64,000 bases of DNA, from IMG/VR virus record IMGVR_UViG_3300044838_000061, positions 10,483 to 74,482 of that record; one strand, 5' to 3'. This DNA is from a virus. Positions 8,701 to 17,373 of this stretch are shown here, in pieces; the stretch's first letter is position 1, and every line of letters begins with the position of its first letter. A program made the position numbers and the translations under genes. Under the pieces are notes generated by a model that saw only the letters and a list, made by a program, of their open reading frames with translations, did not search any database and was not told where the DNA came from.

Positions 8701-10313
8701 GCGACCTGCTGCTGCGCCTGCACGACAGCGAGCAAGGACTGGCGATAGGACTCGGAGGCCGCGAGAACCTGCGGCGATCCTGTGACTCCGTAGCTCAGCG
8801 CGAGTTGGAGGTCTTGTCGTGATCTCGGCACTGCGAGGTGTGCCTGTTGGCGGGAGACCTGCGCTCCCTGGAGCTGTAGTTGGGCCTGCTGGATGCCGAC
8901 CTGAGACCCGCTCGCCTGGACGGCCCGTAACTGCTGTTCCGCCTGGAGGACCGAGAGGTTCGCTTCCTTGAGCTGTAGCTGGGCGCTCTTCTCGGCGAGG
9001 GTGAGGTCCTGGAGGTTTCGGACGGCGTCGATGCGCGCCTGGGTGAGCGCGATCTGTGACTCCCTGACCTGGACCTGGGCGTCCTTGAGGGTGTAGTAGG
9101 AGTTCGCGAGGTTCTGCTCGGACTCGATCAGCTGGCTCGTGTTCTGGAGCTGGTTGATGAGTCCCTGGGAGGGCTGGAAGAAGGCCGTTTGACGCGCCTG
9201 CTGCGCCGCTTGGACGGCCTGGAACACGTCCCTAAGGCGTATGAGGGCGGCGATCCCGACCGAGACCATCGGGATCATCTGGCCGAGTCCCGATAAGAAC
9301 ACGCCTCCAATGGAGGCACCCGCTTGTGAGGCACCAGAGGCGACGTTGAAGAACCCAGCCACGAGGCTCCCAAGGCCCGTGATGAGCGGCTGGAACAGAC
9401 CGAGTAGTGCAGTCAGCCGAAGCCCTCGCAGCCCTGCCGACAGCGACATGATGTGTACCCCGACACTGTCCGTCGCAGCGGCGAACTTCTGCGCGAACTC
9501 GCCCACGGACGACGAGGCACGCGCGAGGTCGGTGTTCTTGGCCTTCTTGCCTGCATCCTCCATCGCGTTACCGAAGCGGTGTGCCTCCGACGACCCCGCG
9601 TCAAACTGACGCATGACAGACCGCAGCCCGCTCTCCACCTGCTTGTAGCTGACCTCTAGCTGCTTGTTCGTGGCCGTGTGCGAGCGCGCTGCCTGGTCCG
9701 TGCGCTCAAGGCTCCCCAGTAGCGCTTCTCCGCGCGTCGCAGCCTTCTGTTGAGCCTCGGAGAGCTTGTCTGTCCCTGCCGACGCGCGACCTAGGTCGCC
9801 GTCGAGGTCGCGTACCCCGGCGGCGAGCTGGTCCACCTTCTGCCGCGCTTCCTCCGTGCTGGCACCGAGGTCGACGTGCGCCTGCGCGTGAGAGGTGACC
9901 GACTCTGCCGCCTGGTCGTGCTGCTGGGCGACGCGCTTGACCGACGCTTCGGCGCGCTGAGCGTCCTGTGGGAGTAGCTGCTGCTGGCGCCGGACCTCCT
10001 GCAATGACTCCGCGTGACCTGTGGCGGCCTCGGACGCTTCCTGCTGCCACCGGGCAGTGCGCTTGACGTCACTCTCGCTCTGCTGAGCTGCCCGTCGCGT
10101 CTCCTGCTGCTGTCTGGCGAGATCCTTGTGGGCCTGGGTCGCTCGCTCCGCCTCGTCAGCGGTGTCGCTGAGCCCCGACCGGAGGTCCTTGGTGGCGTCC
10201 TCTCCTGCGGCCTTCGCCTTGAGTTCGTCTACCGCGTGCTGGAGGTCGCGGATCTTCTGACTGGCGTTATCCTTCGCTTCAAGAAGGATCTCGATGAGGT
10301 ACGAATCGGACAT
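2754..10313 (-). CDS. Tape measure protein (2519 aa) with a degenerate M23-like domain and a tail-lysozyme domain
   Basis: Very long A/Q/L-rich helical ORF after the tail chaperone, with hydrophobic segments. Internal motifs: GRTDQGVDVDLAPGTPI (M23-like) and AGFNKIAIAGMLGNAYQESSMDPNA..GLWQ (phage tail lysozyme type). Confidence 0.93.
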   Translation of the reverse strand: MSDSYLIEILLEAKDNASQKIRDLQHAVDELKAKAAGEDATKDLRSGLSDTADEAERATQAHKDLARQQQETRRAAQQSESDVKRTARWQQEASEAATGHAESLQEVRRQQQLLPQDAQRAEASVKRVAQQHDQAAESVTSHAQAHVDLGASTEEARQKVDQLAAGVRDLDGDLGRASAGTDKLSEAQQKAATRGEALLGSLERTDQAARSHTATNKQLEVSYKQVESGLRSVMRQFDAGSSEAHRFGNAMEDAGKKAKNTDLARASSSVGEFAQKFAAATDSVGVHIMSLSAGLRGLRLTALLGLFQPLITGLGSLVAGFFNVASGASQAGASIGGVFLSGLGQMIPMVSVGIAALIRLRDVFQAVQAAQQARQTAFFQPSQGLINQLQNTSQLIESEQNLANSYYTLKDAQVQVRESQIALTQARIDAVRNLQDLTLAEKSAQLQLKEANLSVLQAEQQLRAVQASGSQVGIQQAQLQLQGAQVSRQQAHLAVPRSRQDLQLALSYGVTGSPQVLAASESYRQSLLAVVQAQQQVANAQRQMRITELQLAQPASHMTSQQGTLQYLLGQMSAPEKALFSMLNNLETQLRSPSSPLKKITDYIVTPFLDAGMRLQQLLGNKSFMQPINALAKAMGQEFGGLEKTMFGQRGTSFFETMSKDATKSIPIITKAITGLMKVFEDIATAAAPAFRQLSGDWARFWDAMDARDRTPQGQARLTSFFNQGAKWAEDFAHLAGATFDLFKALGHDAAPQGMKTVTSFTEALHDATTWVQNHGPEVTRFFSDARQGLGLIGGVLFNVGSSLIQVFNLTSLRAFAGLLNNIVLPAARILATTVGFLVTQFMRLLDAVAPLKAVVVGLVAAFLGLMVLNRVISLVTTATNVVHGFFDAFKAFQEGEGILNRIGAAWEALTTRISKGAKATRDVAAAQTELAGATDASSARQVADEQAVDAAIIEQTTLITTEEADLAILAAGGTAAGGGVAAGAGGAGVPAAEVGAGGAAAGVGAARFGLTRVLPIAAAAYLADKTNAFGQNITAGKSTKGDLASMLGPVGGSHESGISLSSFANFATLGLLGSSTSSNQGSRTTADLSRLQQGLKGVTDASQLSNSQLQSMYGLVQKLSQQPDLTLKQREAIRALSNELNPLNVALKKSGAQWATTFTGFDATTKNVMGQIQQQLSQDNQAISSNFIQGTQGWTEQVTGLTAAAFTKIQTLAALGVSGVGKAMGQLDRMLDNALKALGQGGISLGTGARQINPVTQSNVIAGLLGGTLSAGGVMSQAEGGWNAAQPGGRLVHVAEGGHDEVTLTTDPRHAPRQRALLSRYLQNSPHLAKGGLVGNASIYTSPFGNANVSWGRTDQGVDVDLAPGTPIGVIGNAHVEGVKPGWYNGQPLIWYQLTGGPDAGQYVYVAEQITGVPGIPSNDPRATSSLQAEVGRTLSEGQRIAYYATSGSGIETGWATASGETMAMATTGYQEGQVTPAGSSFRTFLSGLQRGVITGGLAAIQKLVAPKVKGVGGAWGAIAQGVVNKVTNAANQYLARFVGSAGMPNVKLSGSVEKQVDQFMSAAGFNKIAIAGMLGNAYQESSMDPNAAGGGLWQQISNFGSGSGGSLLHQMQTMLPQIESLKAAMNAAKSPGDAATIFEQGFERAGIPAMSNRITGANAAYAQGYAAGGLLTRHARRIGLRHLRKHVLRFAGGGRAPWGGEPVPIMAHEGERVVNPPQWDELGRITGMGAHGLDSHLGYDSEAPRQHFDVGGQVPKHFKTVSSATSFLQSVSANLFKIDPGSLTSGLEVLSGVFQAVVRAFTKIDALPIKKQTDKIGTLLEAFADPNNPNSTLNMLSAAFQRFQNNLTNWITGIGYRSASVRPTSVARVTHRTPAGFAGSGYGGVSLRGAGLLTTRHVAGVGTVTSGTGHIGETGQAELDALGVRASVEETDYLRREAEATTKAINEVKSRISKVRRSRLSKSTKDSTVKKLESAYTLLVQQQEGLNNSINSQITTTFQAEQQYVQDTLNQVSDVYQTQQTQIQAAQSTAQSKGQYGALQSIDKALAESAKHQISALQKPLQEAKKMHDADLVAQIEQEIAQLNQTVGQATIQMVQDKFSAVEQTFQTKSAQQSAIQSAAQSLGQLSLLPGIDAAIIQTTQQHITSLQAVLAQAVAGGDQGLASQIEQEIAQLQGSVVQMTAQMIQDSISAVQQTAQTQQAKVSELQSISQTMTQSASTPGQFAAAGATNLQALQLNQSSLQGQLQSYNSLLVQASAAGDTGAVATLTQTIDGLTAQLAQNDLALQDNTAQVVNQTAQYIQSRGQFQTGVFGGLGQIIQTIGQTTGFTDVASLKALTSMSNTSLQGTNTGLLGQLGQLGDGASGLASLLGQASTPQQFVTALSGANISGIESGHDAAWISTFEGLISSLESNTGAIAQNNQQLATLNGQLLQPQQWSTSAWSSFRTAIFSGMGNLLPQFQASLPAGSAPSIAPTFTGVTGGTTPPTIGELNINHAPTTSLDPSIIGEQLAHEVSGAL

Positions 10314-10318
10314 CTACC

Positions 10319-10813
10319 TCATCCCTGCGGGAGTGCCTCCAGCGCAGACTCTCCGGGCATCGCGAACGACTCGACGCCGGATTGGATCGCCTTCCTCCCG
10401 GCCTTCATAAACGGCGATTCCCAAGCTTCCTGCTCGGCCTCGGACATCTCGTCCTCGGACGAGCCATTCCAGATCCGAGTGATGATCTGGTTGTACTGCT
10501 CCTCTAACTGGGTGATCTTCGTCGGCCGGTCGTTCTTCTCGTCGTCGAAGTTGGTGTTCGCGAACATCGCCGCGATGTGAGTCGTCTTCCTCGTGCGCCA
10601 CTCGTCGCAGAGAACGCGTCGCTGGAAGGCGTCGAACGCCTTGAAGAAGCGACGGTACGGCCACTCCATCAGCTCCTCTATGGACTCTGCGTGTCCGCCG
10701 GAGTAGTGCTCGAGGGCCTCGAGCGCCGTGAGCCGCTTTCTCTTGACGCCGCCTTCCGCGCCCTCAGCTTGCTCACTATCGCCGTGAGCCGCTTCAGACG
10801 CACGCCGAAAAAA
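10319..10813 (-). CDS. -1 frameshift extension of the tail assembly chaperone (gpT-like part of gpGT)
   Basis: The ORF 10319..10960 is in the -1 frame relative to 10678..11463. The heptamer T TTT TTC (GAT TTT TTC, codons D-F-F) lies at 10813..10807. Confidence 0.7.
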   Translation of the reverse strand, partial: FFRRASEAAHGDSEQAEGAEGGVKRKRLTALEALEHYSGGHAESIEELMEWPYRRFFKAFDAFQRRVLCDEWRTRKTTHIAAMFANTNFDDEKNDRPTKITQLEEQYNQIITRIWNGSSEDEMSEAEQEAWESPFMKAGRKAIQSGVESFAMPGESALEALPQG

Positions 10814-11463
10814 TCCTCGACCTCGTCGTAGTTCTGAGCGAGGAAGACCTCGAGCATCTCCTGGCCTTCGAAGAAGGCGAGGCCGCCGTCCTCCGGTGAG
10901 CGAGACCAGATTTCCTTCACGATCGGACGCTCGGCGTACGGGACGCGGAGCCAGATGCACTGGCAGTCCTCGATCACGCTAGGGACGTATGTCGCGAGCT
11001 TCGCGAGGCCCTTGACGAACGAGTCCACGCCGGCGAAGTCGCTACTCGTAAGTAGCGCACGACCGAATCCGGCGACCCCGTCGGCCTCGTTGAGCATCCC
11101 GTCGAGGGTCAGGCCCTCCGGTCCGGCCATCGCCTCGGCGATCTTCTCCCCGATCAGTCCGGTGAACTGGAGCATCGCCGTAAACGAGAGCGGCTTCTGG
11201 ACGTAGGACCGCTGGAAGTGAGAGGTCTCCTCGGACCTATCGCGCTTGATGACCTTGAAGTCACCCTCGACGACCCACTCGCGGTGGGCGACCTGGATCT
11301 CGATGTCGTCGAGTTGCGAGTCGTGCTGCTCGACGGCGCTCGCGATGGAATCGTCGGCTTCACTGGGATCTGCGTGTGCAACGGGGCCGTCCTGGGGGAC
11401 GTCGTCCTCTTTGACCATCTCTCCGTTGACGTACTTCTCGGTGCTCTCTGCGGTGGCGCTCAC
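10678..11463 (-). CDS. Tail assembly chaperone (gpG-like)
   Basis: Lies immediately upstream of the TMP and overlaps a -1 frame ORF at a slippery heptamer. Confidence 0.75.
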   Translation of the reverse strand: MSATAESTEKYVNGEMVKEDDVPQDGPVAHADPSEADDSIASAVEQHDSQLDDIEIQVAHREWVVEGDFKVIKRDRSEETSHFQRSYVQKPLSFTAMLQFTGLIGEKIAEAMAGPEGLTLDGMLNEADGVAGFGRALLTSSDFAGVDSFVKGLAKLATYVPSVIEDCQCIWLRVPYAERPIVKEIWSRSPEDGGLAFFEGQEMLEVFLAQNYDEVEDFFGVRLKRLTAIVSKLRARKAASRESGSRRSRPSSTTPADTQSP

Positions 11464-11489
11464 CAGTTACGCTCCTAGCTCGGGGTTAC

Positions 11490-12020
11490 TCAAGTCGCTT
11501 CCATCCCGGCCTTCATGGCCTCGGCCTCGGCGGCCATCTCCCTCAGCGCGAGTCCGACCTGCGGGTCGGCGCGGAGGATCTCCCGCGCCTGGACGTACGT
11601 CGCGAACATGAACGGCTTGGCGTCCTGTCCGCGGACCTGCTTGCGCCCGAAGATCCCTTCGGCCGGGTTCCACATCAGTCCGCCCTGGTTCGTTCGCGCC
11701 GAGAAGATCGGTGACTGCGTGCCGCCTTCAACAAACAGCGGATACTGCGAGCGCCGGTAGCGACCTCTACTGGTACGCCCGTCGGCCTCCTCGACCCTCG
11801 TCACTCCGAGTCGACCCTCGATCAAGTCGGCTAGCTCGACGATGTCCTCGTCCTTGATGTGCTCGGCGAGTAGGTCGGTGCGGTGGGGCGCCGCTCCACG
11901 CGCGAAGTCGCGCATTCCCCTCACTGAGTCCTTCACCATGTCCACGAGGGCGCGATGCAGCCGCAAGGCCGAAAGGGCCTCGAGATTGGAACGAACTCGA
12001 ACTCTTACTTCGTTAGCCAT
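11490..12020 (-). CDS. Neck/tail completion protein (HK97 gp10-like)
   Basis: Motifs APHRTDLL, YPLFVEGGT and RGQDAKPFM, within the tail cluster. Confidence 0.7.
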   Translation of the reverse strand: MANEVRVRVRSNLEALSALRLHRALVDMVKDSVRGMRDFARGAAPHRTDLLAEHIKDEDIVELADLIEGRLGVTRVEEADGRTSRGRYRRSQYPLFVEGGTQSPIFSARTNQGGLMWNPAEGIFGRKQVRGQDAKPFMFATYVQAREILRADPQVGLALREMAAEAEAMKAGMEAT

Positions 12021-12122
12021 GTTGGCGAGGCGGCATCGCTTCCTTGAAGGAACCGACGCGGAGTTGGCCTCGCCTGAAACAGCCGCGTACTAGACCACCA
12101 AATACTAGCGCACGAAGCTAGC

Positions 12123-12770
12123 TTAGTACAGGGAACTCTGCACGATGTAAAGGATCTCCATCCCCTGATAGACCAAGAACGCGCCCGTCCCGGACGTCTG
12201 CTTCTTGACGAAGGGGAGACTCGGGGTCATCGTCGGTGGCCGCTTGATCGAGAGGAAGTTGTACCCGAGAGAGCGATCCTGGTCCACACACCCGACGACC
12301 GCGTCGGAGAGTCTCTGATACTGGCGGTCCACCGCGTCGCTCGTGCTGCGGTCGTCGAGGGGATCCTGCCTGAACGGCCCCGCGTAGGTCAAGACCTCAA
12401 CGATCAGCTCGACGTCCATCACGTCATACTGGTCCGGCTGCTCACGGTCGTCGGTCGCCTTACGCGTCCCAGCGCGGACGGTGATCGCAGGCCACTTGTC
12501 GAAGCGAGCGCTCTCTCCAGCGACGAGGGACGGCTGCGCGCCGAGGTAGATGCTCTGTCTGTCGACCCGCGCGATTCTCGTCGGCTTGTAGGGGATGCTC
12601 ATGAGCATCGCCCAGTCCTCGTCCCTGGCAGCCCACTGAGTCTCCTGGAGGTCGCACTGAGACTCCAAGTTGACGTTGATCTGCTGCGCCGCGGCGCGGG
12701 CCACCTGCTCGGCCGAGGACCCGTAGTTCACGGCGGGACGGCTGAAGGCTCTCCACTCAGTCGCGCTCAT
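12123..12770 (-). CDS. Putative tail terminator / head-tail joining protein
   Basis: Position between neck genes; WPAITV motif and size fit. Confidence 0.5.
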   Translation of the reverse strand: MSATEWRAFSRPAVNYGSSAEQVARAAAQQINVNLESQCDLQETQWAARDEDWAMLMSIPYKPTRIARVDRQSIYLGAQPSLVAGESARFDKWPAITVRAGTRKATDDREQPDQYDVMDVELIVEVLTYAGPFRQDPLDDRSTSDAVDRQYQRLSDAVVGCVDQDRSLGYNFLSIKRPPTMTPSLPFVKKQTSGTGAFLVYQGMEILYIVQSSLY

Positions 12771-13300
12771 GGTAGGTCTCCGGGCTTGTCGGGAACATCG
12801 TGCGCCTCGGCCAGCTCGGCTGGTGACATGGAACTCGGCTCCTCGTCATAGATCATCCAGCCGCGTACCTGCGTGTTCGCGACGAGTCCGCTGCAGATTC
12901 GAGTCACTCCCGCGCCGAACCAGATGCCGCGTCCAGGGGTTAGGAACCGAAGTGCGTCGCCGATGATCGTCGCCCACCCGTATGCATCGCCGAGGCACGA
13001 GCGAGCGAACGCAACGGCTTGTGCTGCGTCGTCGATGGACAGTCCCGTCCTCACGAGTACGTACTCGGTGTTGTGGTAGCTCTCCAGCGGCGTGCGTACT
13101 ACCCCGCGAGCCAGCGCCTCGATGATCGTCGTCGAGGTCTCCACGAAGACGGCGTGCGACCACCTAGACCCGGAGCGAAACCGCAGGCGTTCCCCCCACC
13201 TGATGATGGCCGAGACGATTCCCCTGCGATGGCAGAGGAGGAAGTCACCTGGTGACGGTGACGCGGTGTGTCCTGAGGGCGAGACCTCGAAGGCACTCAC
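12767..13300 (-). CDS. Permuted papain-like amidase (YaeF/YiiX, NlpC/P60 permuted)
   Basis: PGDFLL...WSHAVF...IIEA..RGV...GDAYGW...ICSGLVA...MSPAEL, with His before Cys. The likely start is GTG 13300, overlapping the upstream stop. Confidence 0.8.
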   Translation of the reverse strand: MSAFEVSPSGHTASPSPGDFLLCHRRGIVSAIIRWGERLRFRSGSRWSHAVFVETSTTIIEALARGVVRTPLESYHNTEYVLVRTGLSIDDAAQAVAFARSCLGDAYGWATIIGDALRFLTPGRGIWFGAGVTRICSGLVANTQVRGWMIYDEEPSSMSPAELAEAHDVPDKPGDLP

Positions 13301-14196
13301 GGCATGAAGATTGAGCCCCATCTGGGGCCACCTACTCGCGGACGGTCGTTGTCCTGAGGGTCGAGGGTGCGGTGCCGGTTCCACGGGACGCTCGGGTCAC
13401 CGAGCGATGACGCCGGAGACGGCTCCACGCGATTCTGCGGGAGTCCCGGCACGAGGCGCTGAAGCTGAAGCCAGTCGTGAACCAATTCGTGCGAGAGCCT
13501 CACACACAGATCGTCGAGGTTCTTCAGCATGTCCGGGTAGGTCGCGCTCTCGGACGGTCCCTGCGTGAGCACCTGTCGGTACTGGCGTCCCCAGTAGTCC
13601 TTCGCCGGCGCGATGAGTCTGAGCGCGGTCCGCTTGGACAGGTACTCGACCAGCGCCGGGTCGTAGTCGACCTCGAGATCCGGCGCGACCGCCTGACCCA
13701 TCACGACGCGCTTGACGTAGTCGGCGTGAGCCTGGAGGAACCTGTCGCCGAAGTCCGGGTCCTCTCGCAGCGCGCGGAGCGTGACCGGCATCCACTGTGC
13801 GACCTCCTCGACCACTACGCCCGTCTCTGTCCCGAAACCTGGGCCGTGGTCGGTGACGACGACGAGGAACTCGGGCGTCTCAGCGAGCGCGTGTCCGGGA
13901 AGCACGTATCCCCACCACGCGCTGTAGTTCCCCGCTATCGCGACATCCGAGCTCTGCCAGTCGTACCTGACGTTATGGCCGTCCTGGTCGACCGGCCAGA
14001 TCACCGTCGCGGAGGAGCCGTCGACCACGGGCGTACGCGACGACAGCGGGCGCATGAAGAAGACGGCCGTGGCGCCCCCGAGGTTCTCCGTCGTCCCGTC
14101 CGGGGCGAGGATCGTGTCGTAGAGTGAGGGCTGTGTTACCCCGACATAGACGACGAGCGGGTCAACCGTGGAGGTGTCGAGGACTACGCGAGGCAT
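13297..14196 (-). CDS. Putative head-tail adaptor with an N-terminal beta-sandwich (BppU-like) domain
   Basis: N-terminal ENLGGATAVFFMR...VRYDWQSSDVAIAGNYSAWW; helical C-terminus; lies next to the major tail gene. Confidence 0.5.
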   Translation of the reverse strand: MPRVVLDTSTVDPLVVYVGVTQPSLYDTILAPDGTTENLGGATAVFFMRPLSSRTPVVDGSSATVIWPVDQDGHNVRYDWQSSDVAIAGNYSAWWGYVLPGHALAETPEFLVVVTDHGPGFGTETGVVVEEVAQWMPVTLRALREDPDFGDRFLQAHADYVKRVVMGQAVAPDLEVDYDPALVEYLSKRTALRLIAPAKDYWGRQYRQVLTQGPSESATYPDMLKNLDDLCVRLSHELVHDWLQLQRLVPGLPQNRVEPSPASSLGDPSVPWNRHRTLDPQDNDRPRVGGPRWGSIFMP

Positions 14197-14269
14197 TCGC
14201 CCGACGCCGTTCGTCCTGAGGTCGGAGCCGCCTCGTAGGACGACCCCGACTCAGGCATGAACGGTGCTC

Positions 14270-15229
14270 CTAGAAGACCTGCTCGATGAAGTCGGCGAAC
14301 CTGTTGTACTCGTTCGTGATCGTCCAGTCGGCGAACGCGCGGAACGAGTGCGGGATCGTCTGCATCTGGCCCGTCTTCTGGTAGTCCAGAGTCGAGTTCT
14401 GCGGCGAGCGCAGGACCCGGCGATAGACGAGGGCGCGGACGCCACCCGCGTCGGGGCCGATGGTCTTCTGGTGCAGGACCGCCAGCAGACGCTCGGTGTA
14501 GCGCAGCGGTGCCCCCATCGGGAGGTGCTGCTCGTTCGGCGTCTGGGTCGTGTCGAGGGTGATGGTCCCGCCCTCCCACGCCATCTGGAGGTTTGCGAAC
14601 GTCGTCTCGGCGAACTGAGTCGCGACGGTCATCTCCCACTCGTCCGGGACAGCCATGATCGAGGAGTAGACCTGGTCCACGTCGAGCTGGGTCTCGGTGT
14701 TGTTCCTGCTCGACTGCACGCCGGAGCGCGTCGATCCGAGCTCGGTCCACGCGGACCCCGGGGCGACGTCGTACTGCCCGTTACCCGGGGCGGTCATCGC
14801 GACCGTGACGGCGGGTGTCGCGCCGCCTGTGAGAGCGTTGACGGTCGTGAGGAGCGGCTGCGAGCCGTTCACTCCGAACGTGGCTACGACCGGGGTCGTG
14901 TTCACGGGGCCGCCTGTGCAGGTGACGCCGCCGGCCGACACGACGCCGGCGATGGCGTTCAGCGCCGCCTGGACCTGTACGGCGGTCGCGTTGTACGGGA
15001 TCGCCGGGCTCTGGTACGTCTGGAACGCGAGCTGGAAGGTGCCCCCGGTAGGAGCGCCAGTGATCGAGATCGTCTCAACCGCCGGGACGTACCCGACGTT
15101 GATCGCGGCGACGTTGATGATCTGCGCGAGGGTGGACGGGAACGGGGTTCCCACGGGGGCGACTACGAGACGAGCCGGTCCGCGGATCGTGCCGAGCCCG
15201 ATCGGTGTAATACGCTGGAAGCCGGACAT
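14270..15229 (-). CDS. Major tail protein with an inserted accessory domain
   Basis: GPARLVVAPVGT...WTELGSTRSGV...VDQ...VATQFAETTFANL tube motifs; insertion ITGAPTGGTF...IPYNATA.QVQAAL. Confidence 0.85.
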   Translation of the reverse strand: MSGFQRITPIGLGTIRGPARLVVAPVGTPFPSTLAQIINVAAINVGYVPAVETISITGAPTGGTFQLAFQTYQSPAIPYNATAVQVQAALNAIAGVVSAGGVTCTGGPVNTTPVVATFGVNGSQPLLTTVNALTGGATPAVTVAMTAPGNGQYDVAPGSAWTELGSTRSGVQSSRNNTETQLDVDQVYSSIMAVPDEWEMTVATQFAETTFANLQMAWEGGTITLDTTQTPNEQHLPMGAPLRYTERLLAVLHQKTIGPDAGGVRALVYRRVLRSPQNSTLDYQKTGQMQTIPHSFRAFADWTITNEYNRFADFIEQVF

Positions 15230-15240
15230 CTACTGCGCTC

Positions 15241-15528
15241 CTAGCTGCCCTGAGCGGGCGTCGACGGTGGACTTGAGACCGGCGCGACGCTCTGGCTACT
15301 CGCGGGCGGGAACGACTGTACCGACGAGGTCGAGGACGACTTGTCCTCCTGCTCGTCGAGGTTCTTGAGCACGTACTGTCCGCTGAGGCTCGCGAACTCC
15401 TTGTCGGTCAGCTCCAGCGTCTCGCCCTTGACGAGGATCCTCTCGACGCCTTCCGAGTCAGGCTCAAGCTTGATCGCCCCGACGGGGTCGGACGAGCTGG
15501 TGTTGCTTACGTATCGGGTGAGTGGCAT
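15241..15528 (-). CDS. Small virion-cluster protein with a Ser-rich tail
   Basis: ATG 15528 overlaps the upstream stop (MPLTRYVSN...). Confidence 0.55.
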   Translation of the reverse strand: MPLTRYVSNTSSSDPVGAIKLEPDSEGVERILVKGETLELTDKEFASLSGQYVLKNLDEQEDKSSSTSSVQSFPPASSQSVAPVSSPPSTPAQGS

Positions 15529-16142
15529 CAGGCCATGACCTCCTCGGTCGTCTTGGACTCCGCATCCTCGTGGCCTTCGCCACTCTCGTTCTCCGAGTCG
15601 GAGCGCTCGTAGCTGATGATCGCCGGGCGGCGACGGTGGGCCGACTCGTAGGTCAGCACCTCTCCTACCGCCTCGTCGGACAGAACCTCGAGCTTCTCGA
15701 GGACACTGCGGACGGGCAGTTCGTCGTACCCGTAGAACGGCTCGCGTTCCACCGGGGCGACGTAGTCGAGGATCCCGGCCCGGCTCAGGCCACCCCGCTC
15801 GTAGAGCCTCACCTGCGCGACCTCGTCGCGATCGGCGGACTTCTTCAGGCGGTCGACGATCTCTTCCGGATGCAGGCCGACGTAGTCGGGCCACGGCGGA
15901 GAGACCCACTGCCCGTCGACCATCCGGTCGCCCTCGACGGCGGTCTCCTTGGCGCGGTGGTCGAGGGCCTCCTTCTCGGTCAGCGGCTCGAACAGAGTTC
16001 GGTAGTGGAGGGAGCCGTCCTTGATCTTCGCTTTGATCTTGTCTGACACCTCCCAGTCCGAGACCACGGTGCCCTGCTGGTGCAGGACAGAGTCGCCGTT
16101 GACGTTGGTGCAGGAGACGTCCTTCAGGATTAGAAACGGCAC
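15528..16142 (-). CDS. Hypothetical acidic protein with two tandem small helical modules
   Basis: PWPDYVGL..EEIVDRL...VRLYER..RAGI and PFYGYDEL..RSVLEKL...VLTYES..RPAI; lies directly after the capsid gene. Confidence 0.65.
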   Translation of the reverse strand: MPFLILKDVSCTNVNGDSVLHQQGTVVSDWEVSDKIKAKIKDGSLHYRTLFEPLTEKEALDHRAKETAVEGDRMVDGQWVSPPWPDYVGLHPEEIVDRLKKSADRDEVAQVRLYERGGLSRAGILDYVAPVEREPFYGYDELPVRSVLEKLEVLSDEAVGEVLTYESAHRRRPAIISYERSDSENESGEGHEDAESKTTEEVMA

Positions 16143-16191
16143 GGGCTCTCAGCTCCTTGTGCGTGTGGTGTGCGAGTCATCCTCGGGACGC

Positions 16192-17373
16192 CTACCCGGT
16201 CTGCCCGTTCAGGAAGGCTTCTGGCCGGCGCAGCCGCACGAACCGCGCTGACGCCTGCCGGAAGAAGTGCGTGTAGTGGTCGAGCAGGATCTCTGACTGC
16301 ATCCCCTGTAGCCACGCCAGGCGGTTGAAGTCCTGGCGGACGGCGACCATCCCGTCGGCCACGTCGGCGATCGGCTCGCCCTCGAACACGTACGGCCCGG
16401 TCACCAGCACGGTCCCGTCGGGGATGTACTTGGTCATCGCCGAGAGGCCGCGGCTGTAGCCGGCGGTCGTGTCGCGGTAGCCGGCGTCCGAGACGATGAT
16501 CCTCGGGGCCTGCGCTACGCGGTCGCCCTGTGAGTCGGTGTCGACGGACCCGTACAGCAGTCCCTCGATGTCCTGACGCGTCGGGAGGAACGCGTTGCGG
16601 TCGGTCTGGGTCAGGTAGCCGCGGGCCTGATCGGAGCGCTGGAGGCGCGTCCAGGTGACCGTGTTCATGTGCAGGTTGCAGCCGTAATAGCCAAGGTCGT
16701 TGGCTACCTGGAGCTGCCACGCACGCATGTCGTCGATCGGCGTCGCGTTGCCGCGGTCTGACCACGGGATCGCGGCCGTCGGCTTGTGGCCCGAGTAGTA
16801 GTTGTACTGGACGGTGACCTGCTGTCCGGTCTGCGGGTACTGCACGACGATGTTGTTGCCGAGGAACGCCTGCCAGCGCATCCACTCGGTCCGGTTCTCG
16901 TTGCGCAGCTGGAGGACCGCGGCGCTCGTCACGAGGTCGACGCCCGCGCGTGCGCGCACGTTCGGAGTCGGCGACGTGAGCTTGAGGTGGGCGTCCTCGT
17001 CGATCCGCTGCATCTCGTCGATGAGCAGCAGGCTCACGACCTCTTGCGTGTAGCGGATGTCCGGGGTGTAAATGGCCGGCGTTGCACCCGGGGCGCGGAA
17101 CTGCGCGACTCCGAATGAGGCGACCTCCGCGATCTCGCGCTCGATCGTTCGGTCATAGACCGAGAAGTTCGGCGCGATCTGCGGCCCGATGGCCAGGATT
17201 GACTCGAACATCGTCTGGAGACGACGACGGACGAGGTCGGTGAAGGTCGCCTGCGAGAAGACGTCGAAGACGTTGAGATTCCCGTCGGGACCCTGCTGCT
17301 CGCCGCCCCCCATCGGGCGGTGACTCTCGGCCAACCATTCGGCGCGAGAGGGCTTGCGTGTCTTGACTGCCAT
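16192..17373 (-). CDS. Major capsid protein (lambda gpE-like)
   Basis: 393 aa; ENRTEWMRWQA, WSD..ATPIDDM..W and YIPDG motifs; follows the decoration gene. Confidence 0.85.
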   Translation of the reverse strand: MAVKTRKPSRAEWLAESHRPMGGGEQQGPDGNLNVFDVFSQATFTDLVRRRLQTMFESILAIGPQIAPNFSVYDRTIEREIAEVASFGVAQFRAPGATPAIYTPDIRYTQEVVSLLLIDEMQRIDEDAHLKLTSPTPNVRARAGVDLVTSAAVLQLRNENRTEWMRWQAFLGNNIVVQYPQTGQQVTVQYNYYSGHKPTAAIPWSDRGNATPIDDMRAWQLQVANDLGYYGCNLHMNTVTWTRLQRSDQARGYLTQTDRNAFLPTRQDIEGLLYGSVDTDSQGDRVAQAPRIIVSDAGYRDTTAGYSRGLSAMTKYIPDGTVLVTGPYVFEGEPIADVADGMVAVRQDFNRLAWLQGMQSEILLDHYTHFFRQASARFVRLRRPEAFLNGQTG

